This document shows, in pieces, positions 26,766 through 40,284 of a DNA stretch of 64,000 nt. The notes beneath the pieces were generated by a model. It did not search any database and was not told where the DNA came from. It saw only the letters and a program-made list of their open reading frames with translations. A program made the position numbers and the translations under genes. How positions within the stretch are numbered: the stretch's first letter is position 1; the number at the start of each line of letters is the position of its first letter. Origin of the DNA: Tubulanus polymorphus (lineage: Eukaryota; Animalia; Nemertea); contig NC_134027.1 of assembly GCF_964204645.1 (NCBI RefSeq), positions 2,016,485 to 2,080,484 on the forward strand, in the 5' to 3' direction.

Positions 26766-27375
26766 CGTCGACCGATCGTTGACAGTTGGTGCTCGGGAAT
26801 CGAATCGTGGCGACACTTGCGCTGACTGTGCGCGTTTTACTCACCTACACTAGCGGCACCAGTTTAGTTTTCATTACCGTATCCTCTGCGTACCTTCAAT
26901 TCAACTACGTCAACTGACGCGTTGTCGCTCGGCTTATCATTCAGAACAAGAGTCAAATAAGGAAATGTTTTATAACGATGTTTATTAGTTTAGCTTACTA
27001 AGTTTGTACGTCCATGTTCAGACATGGCCGACGTGGTGGAGACTTCGAATGCTCCGCTTTAACACATCAATGGATCATGGACCCCCATATATGCTACTTT
27101 AAACAGTGAACCGTACACGCATCAGTAAAAAACAGGAAGCAGACCAGCCGTTGGTTGATGCTCTAGTCGACACTCACTATCTCCTTACCGGCTAATGCTT
27201 CAGAAGAAGTGTCAAATAAAGATTTGTTTTCTTAAGAAATATATCTATTACTTTTCTGGATTCTGTAGCACTCGTTTTGACATTTTAAAGTGACGTCTAA
27301 AAAAGATTTAACAGACAATATACAAATCAAAAAAGTTTTATTTCGGAGAACAGTGTATTAATCATTTCGCGTTTA

Positions 27376-30300
27376 TCAATAATTCTTCGATTCGTTCGAC
27401 TTTTCTTCTCTATTGTCGTCGTCTATTTGCTGCGAATACGCGTCTGTAGTGGCCCACGATTGTCGTTCTCCGCTACCGAATATTAGAAAAAAGATGCAAC
27501 CAAAAACATGCACCGCAACAGCGATAATGAAAACTATGCGCCATTTAAATTCCGTCTGAAAGATAAGAAGATAGCGTAACACAAATTAGCCGTTCACATT
27601 CATTTGTGATTTGCTAATTCGGAAGTGAATTGTCCAATGCCACATACGGATATAATATATCGACTTACGTATTTGAATCAAATGTATGCAAATAAATCAT
27701 TAAAAAGATAATGAAATGTTAATCAAAATAGAAACTTCTTTAACCTAATACCTTGTCGCTAGCAATGTAACCGGCTAGTGTTGGACTGATTATCCCTGAA
27801 ATAACGCCAACACAATTGGACACACCCATTATCAAACTGGCGTACTGAATTAGAAACGACTGTATGAATAATTCCATTCTGCAGTTAGAAACTTCTGCTG
27901 TAACCGCATAGGTTTATGGAAAAAAAGGTACGCCTGTACCTGAGGAGCTATGTCCAGTGCGTTGACAGGAAAAGTCGGGAAAGACATGCCCAGAAATGCG
28001 AACGAAACGTTTAGAAGAATCATGGCATACGTTGACCCGATTAAGAATGTATTCATTCCAACACAACCTGAAAGTATTCGTAATATTACAGGTAAATTGA
28101 TGTGGAGATGATATTTCAATGTTTATATATGCTTTATACATACATAATATACAAAATAGTTTGCTTGTTTTAGTTCTGGAGAGATATTCTCTAGAGATCA
28201 AAACATCGGCAACTTGACCACTCAGCACTGCTGATATGAATAACACTATATACGGAAATGCGGATAACCAACCGGTCTGGAATTAAATAAAACAAGCTTC
28301 TTGATAACTTTAGAACTTTAGTAGATCTTGAATAGTATTCAATCATTAAGGAGTTCATTACCTTTTCGAGTTTAAACCTGTGGGTGTCGTCCAAATACAT
28401 AGGCAAAGAGGTTAACATGAGATAGTAGGACCATTTTATACACATATCTAGAATAATGATTGCTATAGTTGCTGGACTGGTGAAAATACGGAAATATGGC
28501 GGCCGATTGAGCTGAAAATGAAGATCTCCATTATTTTCAATTAATCTTCAGTGTGTAGGCCTACGTTTGTACTAGAGAATTTCAATACATTAATCAATTA
28601 TAGAATATCGTAAATGTTTATCTTACTGAATCTGATTTCTTTAGGCTGTTGTTATTCTTTTCTAAATATTCTAACTCAGTTTGTGAGATCCTGGGATGTT
28701 GACTAGGTGTTTCAGTCACCAGTAACCACCATAAAAACACCCAAATTATTGCGATCAAACCTAAAATAAACAATTAAAAACAATATCAATGATGTTCATC
28801 AAAACAATTGTATTTCTCAAAACCAAACTCGTTCAACTTACCGTAAGTATAAAAGACTGATTGCCACCCGAGACGAGCTGTGAGGACACCTGATAATCCT
28901 AAACACGCTATGAGCCCAAATTCTTTACCTAGAATACATCAGCATTGATTGTGCAATTCTGGATAAACGTATTTATCTCCAAAGCAAGTGAACAGGTTAA
29001 CTACAGGAATCTAGGTAAAATACCTGAAAGACTTGAGGTCATTAGTTTGGTACGTTCGTCTTGTGTCACCCAATGTCTCATTATCCCATACACCGATGGA
29101 GTACACACACCCTATATACCAAATCAATATGGATTCTAATAATGATAAGACTTACTGCGTAATAATACAAAGTTTTCTGGATTTAAAACAAGTAGTATTT
29201 ACCAGAAAGAAACCTTGTGTGAATCGATTCGCAATTAATAAGTACATGTTAGCCGCGCATAAGGGTGCTAACAATGACAGGACACCACTAACAGCTACTC
29301 CGGTTCCAAAAACAATCTTTCCGCCAAACCGATGGGCTAAATATCCTGGAAATATCATAGATTATTTAAATCAAAGATATACGGCAAAAGTTAACTGCAG
29401 ATGTTAGATGTTTAATTTAATCTGAATGCGTGAGAAAGGAAATGATAAAATGAAAACGGTCGCTTTATTGTGATTGTGTTTAAACACATTGAAAAATACA
29501 GAATGCTTGACTTTTAATTTTATTACCCTTTTCGAGAAAATCGTTCATATTTACTAAAATATGCTTTTTATATGTTATACGATCTTCAGTAAAATATTCA
29601 CACTTAGATAGGATTCTTAGATAGAATTAGTTAAGAAAGCAATTACCTCCTGGGATTTGTGTAATGACGTAACCGTAGAAAAATGAACTGAGAACGAATC
29701 CTTGTTGTGTTCTATCTAATTTATATTTAGCTTCCTGAAAAATGAAGTGAATAGAAAAAACTTAACGAACTCATTTCGATTTGTTTAGAATTCTAAAATG
29801 ACAGAAGCGTAGTAATCGAGAGGAAGTACAAAAATGGTTTGTTATATATAAAAATCATATATAATTGCACTAAGCGTGACCTATTATGGGTCGAACCTGG
29901 GACCAGTCGCATTCAAAACCTGTATGCTAACCACTAAACTACTGGGCAGTATCTTCCATGAGAGCCGATGACCAGCAGAGCGGGGGCCATGCAGGTTTCT
30001 TTCGTCCACTGATAATTAGAGCTAATTTAAAATATGAGGAAGTACATTACTAGTATGTGCTATACTCGCAAAAGGTGACGGAAAAAAGAATTGGTTGATT
30101 GGCATATTTTGAAACCAACACTTCAATTATCATTACTGTAACGCATATTGTCACTTAAGCCAAGCGAATTGGTATTTATCACTGACCAGATCTCGTAAGC
30201 CACGTTTTAGAGGTGTTTTAGTTGAAATAAATTGAAATAGATAGACGTAAAATCGAATAGTCGTGTTTCTTAGTCTGATGGACGAACCAATCAGATCGAA

Positions 30301-31277
30301 AGATCAAGTATTTTGGCTGTATAGAGAGTATGGCGGTATATCGGGGGTGTTTTACTATGTATTTGTATAGAGATCCTGGTGGTAGGCGGGGGTGGCGGTA
30401 TATGGGCGGGCGGTATATCGGTTATTTCCGACCGTAACCGGGGTTGACTGCACTTCAATTGAAAATTAAATGCAAGGTCACGCGTAGAAATCATAACAAG
30501 CAACAACGTGTTGTAGGCAAGATCGGCGTTACAGCGATGACAACTCTGAAGCGCTGCCATCAATATTCCAATATAGATAAAAAACATATGTAAGCCATGA
30601 AAATATAGATATTCGAAATTAGATTTTCACTGTAATTGAATCCCTGATGCGGCCTTGGGATAAGCATTACGAATCAACGGCGCAGTTTCTTTAACGCCAG
30701 GCTGTTTACATTCTCACCAATACAATTAAAGATCCGTTCTTATCGACGGTTGAGTTACTCGTCATACTGACTATTGGAACACTCAATTCACTTCGAAGTA
30801 TACCCATATTAGCTGTAATTACAAAAAGATCGTACGTGCAATATATTCTCTAAAAGGAGGATGTATTTTCTATAGCGTTTTACAATTCTACATTTTATCT
30901 ATTTTAAAAATCGGCAATTAGGTAGGATAATGATTAGTAGATTTCCGCCACAATTTGTCCAATTACAAAATCACCCGAAGTTTCTGATTGCCAAAACTGA
31001 TAACCGTATAAATGATAAGGGTTAAAACTGATGTTAAAATTACTGATGAGAAAAGGATGAATATTGCCAATCAACTGAACCAAATCGCGTACATACCACA
31101 TCCAAAAAACATCATAAGCGCGACGATGTATCTCTTCGGTAAAATACAACAACATCGTTTCCTTTGTTTGTTATCCTCCTTTTCTTCCTCGTCTGGTAAT
31201 TTGTGTTGAGAGTAGTTTTGTGATGATATTGGTTTTAACGCGGTTTGTTCGTTATTTTCTCTGCTCTGGTCAAACAT
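27376..31277 (-). CDS. SLC17-family transporter, copy B (6-aa in-frame deletion in exon 10)
   Basis: Same 12-exon structure and motifs as copy A; GSTYAMILL in place of [15 protein letters not shown]. Confidence 0.85.
29876..29946 (-). mobile_element. tRNA-derived SINE-like head / tRNA pseudogene
   Basis: Minus strand TAGTTTAGTGGTTAGCA (A box) ... GGTTCGACCC (B box); no clean cloverleaf. A degraded paralogous copy lies near 34985-35030. Confidence 0.5.
30311..30425. repeat. GGCGGTATATCGG-motif dispersed repeat, related to about 14945-15110
   Basis: Three GGCGGTATAT units. TGTATAGAGA.TATGGC.GTA.A.ATCGGGGG is shared with 14965-14998. Confidence 0.45.
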
Positions 31278-31721
31278 CGTCGACCGATCGTTGACAGTTG
31301 GTGCTCGGGAATCGAATCGTGGCGACACTTGCGCTGACTGTGCGCGTTTTACTCACCTACACTAGCGGCACCAGTTTAGTTTTCATTACCGTATCCTCTG
31401 CGTACCTTCAATTCAACTACGTCATCCAGTTCGACTGACGCGTTGTCGCTCGGCTTATCATTCAGAACAAGAGTCAAATAAGGAATTGTTTATAACGATG
31501 TTTATTTACTATTCTGGATTCTGTAGTACTTGTTTTGAAACTAGGTAAAAAAGATGACGATTGATTCCATATACTCGTATATACGTAAATTTAACTTCGT
31601 TGACCGCGAAACATTTTAAAAGTAACTTTTAAAAACAATAAAACAGATGCATATTAGAAACTGTACATTTCTAAGAAGAATGGAGAACAGTTTATCTATC
31701 ATTTCACGTTTATCAATAATT

Positions 31722-34700
31722 CTACAATTCGTTCGACTTTTCCTCTCTATTGTCGTCTATTTGCTGCGAATACGCGTCTGTAGTGGCCCACGATTGTCGT
31801 TCTCCGCTACCGAATATCAGAAAGAATATGCAACCAAAAACATGGACCGCAACAGCGATAATGAAAACTATGCGCCATTGAAATTCCGTCTGAAAGATAA
31901 GAAGATAGCGTAACACAAATTATACGTACAAATGTAATTGTCGACTTTTGTTGTATTTGAATCAAATGTATGCAAATAAATCGTCAAATAGATCATTAAA
32001 TGTTGATCAAAATAGAAACTACTTTAACCTAATACCTTGTCGCTAGCAATGTAACCGGCTAGTGTTGGACTGATTATACCGGAAACGACACTTACGCAGT
32101 TGGACACACCCATTATCAAACTGGCGTACTGAATTAGAAACGACTGTATGAATCATTCTAATCATCACTTCTGTATCTAATCCGCTTAGGTTTAATGGTA
32201 AAATGATATATCCGTACCTGAGGAGCTATATCCAGTGCGTTGACCGGGAAAGTCGGGTAAGACATGCCCAGAAATGCGAACGACACGTTCAGAAGTATCA
32301 TGGCCGTTGCGTAACTCTGAGCGTACGTTGACCCGATTAAGAAGGTATTCATACCAACACAACCTGAAAGGATTCACAATATCATAAGTAAATTGATGTA
32401 GAAATGATATTTTGGTTTTCACGATATGCATTCTACGTACAAAGTATAGAAAATAGCTTTCTTGTTACAGTTCTGGAGAGATATTCTCTTGAGATCAAAA
32501 CATCGGCAACTTGACCACTCAGCACTCCAAATACAAATAACACTATGTACGGAAATGCGGATAACCATCCGGTCTGGAATAGAAGTAAACATTTTCTTAA
32601 AAAGATAAAGCAGAACTTGATTAATCATTTTGGCCTTTGAACAATTTATTACCTTTTCGATTTTAAACCTATAGATGTCGTCGAGATACGTAGGCAAAGT
32701 GGTTAACATTAGATAGTAGGACCAGTAGATACACAAATCTAGAATAATGATTGCTATAGTTGCTGGACTGGTGAAAATACGGAAATATGGCGGGCGATTG
32801 TGCTGAAAATGAAAATACCCATTATAGTCAATTAGCCTTCAGTGCTTATACTTATAACAGAGAATTTCATTTCATTAATGATTCATAAAATATCGTAAAT
32901 GTTTATCGTACTGTATCTGATTTCACTAGGTTGACGTTGTTTTCTAAATATTCTAACTCAGTTTGTGAGATCCTGGGATGTTGACTAGGTGTTTCAGTCA
33001 CCAGTAACCACCATAAAAACACCCAAATTATTGCGATCAAACCTAGAATAAACAATTAAAAACAATGTCAATGATTTCCATCAAAACAATTGTATTTCTC
33101 AAATCATATGATTTTAACTTACCGTAAGTATAGAAGACTGATTGCCACCCGAGACGAGCTGTGAGGACACCTGATAATCCTAAACACGCTATGAGCCCAA
33201 ATTCTTTTCCTAGAATACATCAGCATTGATTGTGCAATTCTTGAGATGTTTTTATCTTAAAGCGGAAAATAGAAAATGATACCTGAAAGACTTGAGGTCA
33301 TTAGTTTGGTACGTTCGTCTTGTGTCACCCAATGTCTCATTATCCCATAAATTGATGGAGTACACACACCCTATATACCAAATCAATATGGATCTTAGAA
33401 ATATTAAGAATTACGGCATAATAATAAAAAGTACTTCAAACTGGAAACAAGTATTATTTACCAGAAAGAAACCTTGTATGAATCGATTCGCAATAAATAA
33501 GTACATGTTAGCCGCGCATAGGGGTGCTAACAATGACAGGACACCACTAACAGCTACTCCGGTTCCAAAAACAATCTTTCCGCCAAACCGATGGGCTAAA
33601 TATCCTGAAAATATCATAGATTATTTATATCAAAGATATACGGCAGAAGTTAACTGCAGATGTTAGATGTTTAATTTGATCCGAATGCGTGAGAAAGGGA
33701 ATGACGGAATACGGTCGCTTTATTGTGATTGTGTCATAACTAGATGAAACATCAATTGCAATTTATTTTTGTAAACCTACTACGGATACATCTATGTACG
33801 CATTGGAATACATAATGTTCGGCTTTTAATTTTATTAGCCGTTTCGAGAAAATTGATATGGCAATATTCAGCAGTATCCTACAAACCCCCTTATAATTGA
33901 CCATGTCCGTATTTACGACGCTACTGGGAACCAATTTATCTAGTTTCATAACACAATTATCAATTATTATGAATGTGCCGGATAAAAGTTAATACGAGCG
34001 TGAACTTAATGAAAAATTCAAACCATCCACTTATCAATTGCATTCATTTTTACGCCTGCATTCGTCAGCTGGCGAGCAACAACTAAATCCAGTTGTATAT
34101 GATGTATATACTTATTCTAATAGACTGTCAGCTTCGTACGCGCAGTAGCTTAAGTTCCAGGTGGATTTCGTTTTCACAATACTCTATTGTTTATTGAGAG
34201 GTCTAATTTGTCAAAGTGGAAGCACAAACTCATACAAATGTCATGAGTCATGTGAAAAAAAAAATCGAAAATGTGACAGTTAGTTGTTGTGACTTTGCCA
34301 GAAGAGCGAATGGAAAAAATATGCGTACACGTAATTAATACATGTGAAATAGCTGAATAATTAATTCAAATAGTAGACGTTTTCTCATTACAAATATGGA
34401 GTTGACATTTCAACTGAATCTGCACAATGTTTTATATCGTACAACATGCGATGATGCTTATTCATATGATAGACAGTCCCCAGTGAAATATTCACTAGGG
34501 ATTAATTTAGATACTTATAAATTATCAATTAAGCAACCAGCAATTGAATCTTACCTCCTGGGATTTGTGTAATGACGTAACCGTAGAAAAATGAACTGAG
34601 AACGAATCCTTGTTGTGTTCTATCTAATATGTATTTAGCTTCCTGAAAATGCGTTAGTTCTCGTGATGTAAGCGCGTTTATGAACTCATTTGGGATAGGT

Positions 34701-36165
34701 TCGAATTCTAAGGCTAAAAACAATTGATACCTTGTTTCTCCGCTCTGCTGAGCTTAAATGTTGACCCGGCCGGCCGCCTATCTACCCTATACATTACTTT
34801 TTTCTAAATCGTGATCAATTTTACCATAACAGACCCGGCCGTTATAGAAATGAACTGTTTACAAATTTTATCAAATTTTACAAAAATGACCCGGCCGCTG
34901 CGGAGAAACAAAGTATCATTTTTGTTTAGCCTAAAATGACTGAAGAGATGTAAGAGAAGTTTAAAAAGAGTTTTCGGCCCTTTCAAGGATCGAAACTGGG
35001 ACCAATCACTGCACCCAGTGAGCCATTACGATGGGCTATGTTAGGAAGCTAGTCTTGTATGAGAGCCAATGACCATTCAGGCTTTTTCGTTCGTTGACAA
35101 TTAGAGTTAATTGAAAGTATGAGGAAGCACGTTACCAGCATATGCTATGCTCGCAAAAGGTGACAGAAAAAAAGAATTGGTTTATTGGCATATTTTGAAG
35201 CCAGCACTTCAGTTATCATTACTGTAACACGTCGTTGCTAATGATACGTATATATACGTATACAAACACTGCCGTTTTGGAAAATGAATTTCCACTATTA
35301 TGCAGTATACTGAATCTTACTGCGATGCTTCATTTGAATATCTTATCATAAGCATAGCAAACCAATGGCGCAGTTTCTTTAACGCCAGGCTGTTTACATT
35401 CTCACCAATACAATTAAAGATCCGTTCTTATCGACGGTTGAGTTACTCGTCATACTGACTATTGGAACACTCAATTCACTCCGAAGTATACCCATATTAG
35501 CTGTAATTACAGAAAAAAAAGTATCAATCACCCTCGATGAACAACGTACGAATGTATTTTCTAAAGGAACATGTGTCATGAAGAGCAAAAAACCCACAAT
35601 ATAAATCTACAACACTTGTTCTTGTTTTTTCCTAACGTTTCGGGTGGAATACTTCCATTCTATTTGAAATGTCAAACAAACTTTGAAGATGGGTGGAAAA
35701 ATTCCATCCGAAAAATAAGGAAAAAACAAGAGAGCAGTTGTTTAAGATTTATATTGTGGGTTTTTCCATCCGAAACGTCAAGAAAAAGTATTTCAGCAAG
35801 GTAGAATTATGATTAGTAGAATTGTGCCGCGATTTGACCGATCACAAATCCATACCGCGTCTTGATTGACAAACTGGTTGTTAGATGATATATTGTCGGT
35901 ATCAAAAGTATTGGCGAGAAAAGGTGAAGTAAGTTAATGGCAAACCAGGTGTGAACCATGCGTTTCTATGATGCATCTACTTACCACAGCCAAAAAACAT
36001 CATAAGCGCGACGATGTATCTTTTCGGTAAAATACAACAACATCGTTTCCTTTGTTTGTTATCCTCCTTTTCTTCCTCGTCTGGTAATTTGTGTTGAGAG
36101 TAGTTTTGTGATGGTATTGGTTTTAACGCGGTTTGTTCGTTGGTTCCGCTGTTCTGGTCAATCAT
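31722..36165 (-). CDS. SLC17-family transporter, copy C
   Basis: Same exon set. Exon 1 is [11 protein letters not shown]...LMMFFGC; the last exon is TEFQWRIVF...EKSNEL*. Confidence 0.87.
34836..34932. repeat. Dispersed repeat fragment shared with 43309-43402
   Basis: GTTATAGAAATGAACTG.TTACAAATTT.ATC...TTTACAAAA...CCC..TCATTTT.TTTAGCCT occurs at both sites. Confidence 0.6.
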
Positions 36166-37081
36166 CGTGATAGATCTGATGCAGCAGCTGCGTTTGCGAT
36201 GCAAGCGATTTGTGCTGCCGATTCTGGACGGCGCTGAATTATGTTGCACGTATCTTCTCGCGTTTTTTTTGTATTTTGAAAATAATAATGCTCCGTGAAC
36301 GAATCTAAAAAGTTTATTTAGAAATTAGAAATATTTCGGGTAGTTGCTACGCCGTCACACCCTTCTTCAGTCTAAAATGCGCAAATTATTATACACATTA
36401 TATGTATGTGCTTTGTGAAAATTTCCGATCGTGAAACTAAACCTCAGACAGTTTACTGACTAGTGCGCCGCACACACCTTTTCGACCCAATTATTACAAA
36501 ATCACTTATCAGAAATGGGCCGTCAATCTGGGTGAAAAATTGTAGTGAACAGGACGGCGCAAGCATAGAGTCGGTACGAAGTGGCATAACTAAATCAGGT
36601 TAGGATTGCTATATTATATATCATATTATTACTCATTATGGTGGTTCTCCGTTGCCAAATTCGGGTAACTAAGTTTGAAAAACGATTGTGCTCACGAGCG
36701 GCGGCCCGCCGAGTTCTGTGAATGTGTCGGAGCCGCCCGTAGTTGGCTGTGCATCGTTTCATTTCGATACTTAGCTTCTCCAAATAACCCAAGGTCGTAG
36801 CCCAAAAGTGAAAGTTGCAAAAGTTGGAAAGTTGGGACCCAAACGTTGAGATGATGAGATTCTAGATTTGTATAGCTGTTCTGCTGTGTGTTAAATGATT
36901 CTGTTCAAATCCTATTCAGGATTACATTCAAGACACATAGATGCTCTGAGAATTGAGCCTCAGATAAAGGAAAGCTTTATTTTAAACACATTTAGACAAC
37001 CTCCTCGTCCGCGGTTTCGCTTTCGCCGTTCGTCGGACCTGCAGTGCAGTCCTTTTTAAAAGTTAGTTATCAATTAAGGAG

Positions 37082-39885
37082 ATGGAAGATAACGCATCTC
37101 GCCAGGTATAGTAGGTTGAGATAGGACTATCTACTTTTCATTCTTTTACATTTTGTCAAGTTTTTTTATAAGAAGGGCTCTATTAGTGTCGCTCACTGTG
37201 TTGTCGTTGATATCTCTGCTGGATTTCATACATGTCTTACTCTCGATAATGTTGTATTTTTAGGCTGAAGAAGTTGAAGCTTTGACTGCTATATACGGCG
37301 ATGAATGGTGTGTTTTAGATGAAGCGGCTCAGACTTATTTAATACGTATTGATGACTGTCCAGGAAATCCTAAATACTCTGCTTGTTTACAGGTAAATGT
37401 GAATGGACTTAAGAGTAATCTCATACCTCATCTCTTAAAGTCTTGATTAGTTAATTAGCTAATCTTTGGTGGTACCACAGGCTGTTAAATCGGATGGACT
37501 TTGTTTTTTATGAACATACTTGATCGTGGAACTTAAACAGACCGGTTACTAAGTCTTGATACCTAAATATAGCCAACTTGTACGATGTGTATTGGAGTTT
37601 TTCAGTATTTTATAGCAAGTACAAGTTGACCAGGTATGAGTAAACCTGCTATCTGTCAATGTCATATTCAATACTGAATAATCGTATTTTAACTGTAGGT
37701 AATTTTACCATGTGATTATCCAGACTCATCTCCTCCAATATACCTGCTAAAGTAAGAATGCTGCATTATTGAGTTCAGATGTTACAAGTAGTGTATGATC
37801 GACTATAAGTTGTAAGTTTGAGAGTTAAACACTGTATTTTGTAGCGCCCCCTGGCTGCGAGGTAGTAAACGAAATGAGCTGTGTTCAAGTTTAGAGGAGA
37901 TATTCTTGTAAGTAAAGTACGACATGTCGTTAACTATTAGATCGTTTGACTTTTCATTCGATTCAGCTTATTTAATTCCAGGGAAAACATCGGTGAATGT
38001 ATAATCTACCTGTGGGTCGAACGAATAAGAGAATTTTTACAAGAACTCGTTGATACTGAATTGGAAGAAGGTTAGTATTTATATAGGTGACAATGAGCCA
38101 ATTCGAAAATTTATGTCTGAGGAGAAATATCAACGGTTTATAACGAAATTTTCTTAATACCTTAGAATAATTAATCTCGATTGCCGATCTCCACACAGCA
38201 ACAACCCTACATGTTTAAACCCATATAGCAAAATCTCAATCCATTGAACTATAGGAATTCTTGGGCTACAAAAATATCATAGTGACCAGAAACACCATGA
38301 AATAACAAACATAGAGACAGAATTTCAGGAATTAATCCTTTCAAATGCACCACCAATGAATTGATTGTATCGTACATGCACTATTTTGACTTGTATCGCG
38401 GTATTAATTGTAGTTTCTGCTACCGATGGAACTAGTATAAAAAAAGACACCGAAGAAGTTGACGACGGCGATGATAGTTTCGAATTGGATGCCGCCAATT
38501 CACATTCTCCAGCTACGATAAATGTCCGATATCTACAGTTATCACAACAGGATGTACAAACAGGTGTTTACTAATCAGGATTTCTGCCAAATCATCTATT
38601 TCAATTGTTTGTTACTTTCATCATAACGTGTAGTGCATTGTATTTGACTTTCAGGCTACGAGTGCCCAATAATTCATCACGGAGAACCCTTTACTGAGAG
38701 GCGTAGTACATTCCAGGCACATTTAGCTGAAGTGACACACGTTGAACAAGTAAATGACTTAATACAGTAATGTACAGTAGACCGCGCTTAATTCGGATTT
38801 TTCAATCAGGATTTTCACTTCATTCAGGCGAAATATTTGGTCCATTTAACCTGGAACCACAAACTATTAATCATAATTTGAATTTGACTTAATTCAAGGA
38901 AATCTGGGCGCAGTCCCTAGTCATCCGAATTACAGCGAATTCTACAGTATAATACATGTATGTTCCAGTCAAGTACCCTCACATTCACAAGTCATTCTTT
39001 GAAGATGCAATTTTCATCGTAAGATCAGTGTACTGGGGAAAACTGACATCTGTCCTGACTGGATAGTAGCATGGTTTCAATGAGATTCGAACCTACCAAC
39101 TCGAGTCGGTCACCCTATGCACTGAGCCGCGAAGACACAACAGATATGAGAGCTTCATTCTTTTCTCTCATTTCAGATAAAACTAGTTTTCAAGAAATTA
39201 TTTGAAAACAAGAAAATAGCTAACGCTACACATAACATCCTAGGATACAGGTTCGTTTCTATATCAGGTATTTGTTTTAGATGTGCATCTCAAATGTATT
39301 AACGGATAGATTCCTTGTAGGATTGAAATGAAATCTGAACCACATGAATGTTTTATGCAAGGTTGTGATGATGATGGTGAGCATCACGCTGGTTCCAGAG
39401 TGCTTCACTTGATGCAGGTATGAAAATGCCTGTATTAATCTGCTGTCCGTAATCTGCTCTTCGATGGGTGAAGTCTTGACAATTAGTTTTCATACAAACT
39501 CCGAGGGGGACAGCAGACTGATAGCCATATATGATCTACTGGTTCTAATAATTGCTTGAGTAAATCTTATTCTATAGCTATCTTTGATATTCATTCAGAT
39601 CATTGACGTACGGAATGTGATGGTAGTTGTAACTAGATGGTATGGAGGAATATTGCTGGGACCAGATCGTTACAAATACATCAACAATTCAGCTCGTCAG
39701 ATACTAGAAGAACATGGATTTATTAAGGACAAGGTGCAGTACTATCAAATAGACACCGATCGGAATTTACTAAGAATTTCATTACTGTCATTCACAGATT
39801 TATTAATGTATTTTTCTATATATAGGGTGCCAAGAAAGGTCCAAAAAGCAGCAGTAGCAAACATAAATCGAGCAGATACAAGTGA
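37082..39885 (+). CDS. IMPACT: Protein IMPACT (RWD plus ancient/YigZ domain; GCN1 binder), 11 exons
   Basis: QAEEVEALTAIYGDEW, DYPDSSPPIY, HGEPFTERRSTFQAH, KKIANATHNI, CDDDGEHHAG, VMVVVTRWYGGILLGPDRYKYINN. Confidence 0.95.
38775..38947. mobile_element. Tc1/mariner (pogo-like) MITE
   Basis: TA|CAGTAGACCGCGCTTAATTCGGAT ... ATCCGAATTACAGCGAATTCTACAG|TA; imperfect terminal inverted repeats. Confidence 0.6.
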
Positions 39886-40015
39886 TACATTAAAAATGAA
39901 TACACTAATTTCACAAATTTCATATTTTCAAATTTGTTTATCTAGTCAAACTAATAAAGTTTTATGCAAATATGTTCTAGATTAAAACATTGGTTTCATT
40001 ATTTCTATGAATATA

Positions 40016-40220
40016 CAGTAGACTCAAGTCGGATTTGATCAACTCTGATAACTGCTCTACTCGAACGTTTTTTGAAATATTTTTTGTGACACTATATATG
40101 AAATCAAAAATTCATAAAGACTAGTCTTTATGAATTTTTGATGAAATGCATAACAACTAACTCGGATATCACTCGGGACGGACACATTTTAAAAAGAATC
40201 GACTTGAGCAGAGTCTACTG
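40016..40220. mobile_element. Tc1/mariner-type MITE between convergent IMPACT and SIRT5
   Basis: TA|CAGTAGACTC...GAGTCTACTG|TA with an internal CTCAAGTCG/CGACTTGAG inversion. Confidence 0.7.
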
Positions 40221-40284
40221 TAGTCTATCACAAACAAATGCTAGAGTGGTTGTCTTTTATACACATCTTCATCAGAGATTGGAT

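Noticed and set aside
29033-29407. Duplicated 124-aa plus-strand ORFs (also 33292-33666)
   Set aside because: They are antisense shadows of SLC17 exons 4-5; their similarity is explained by the duplication.
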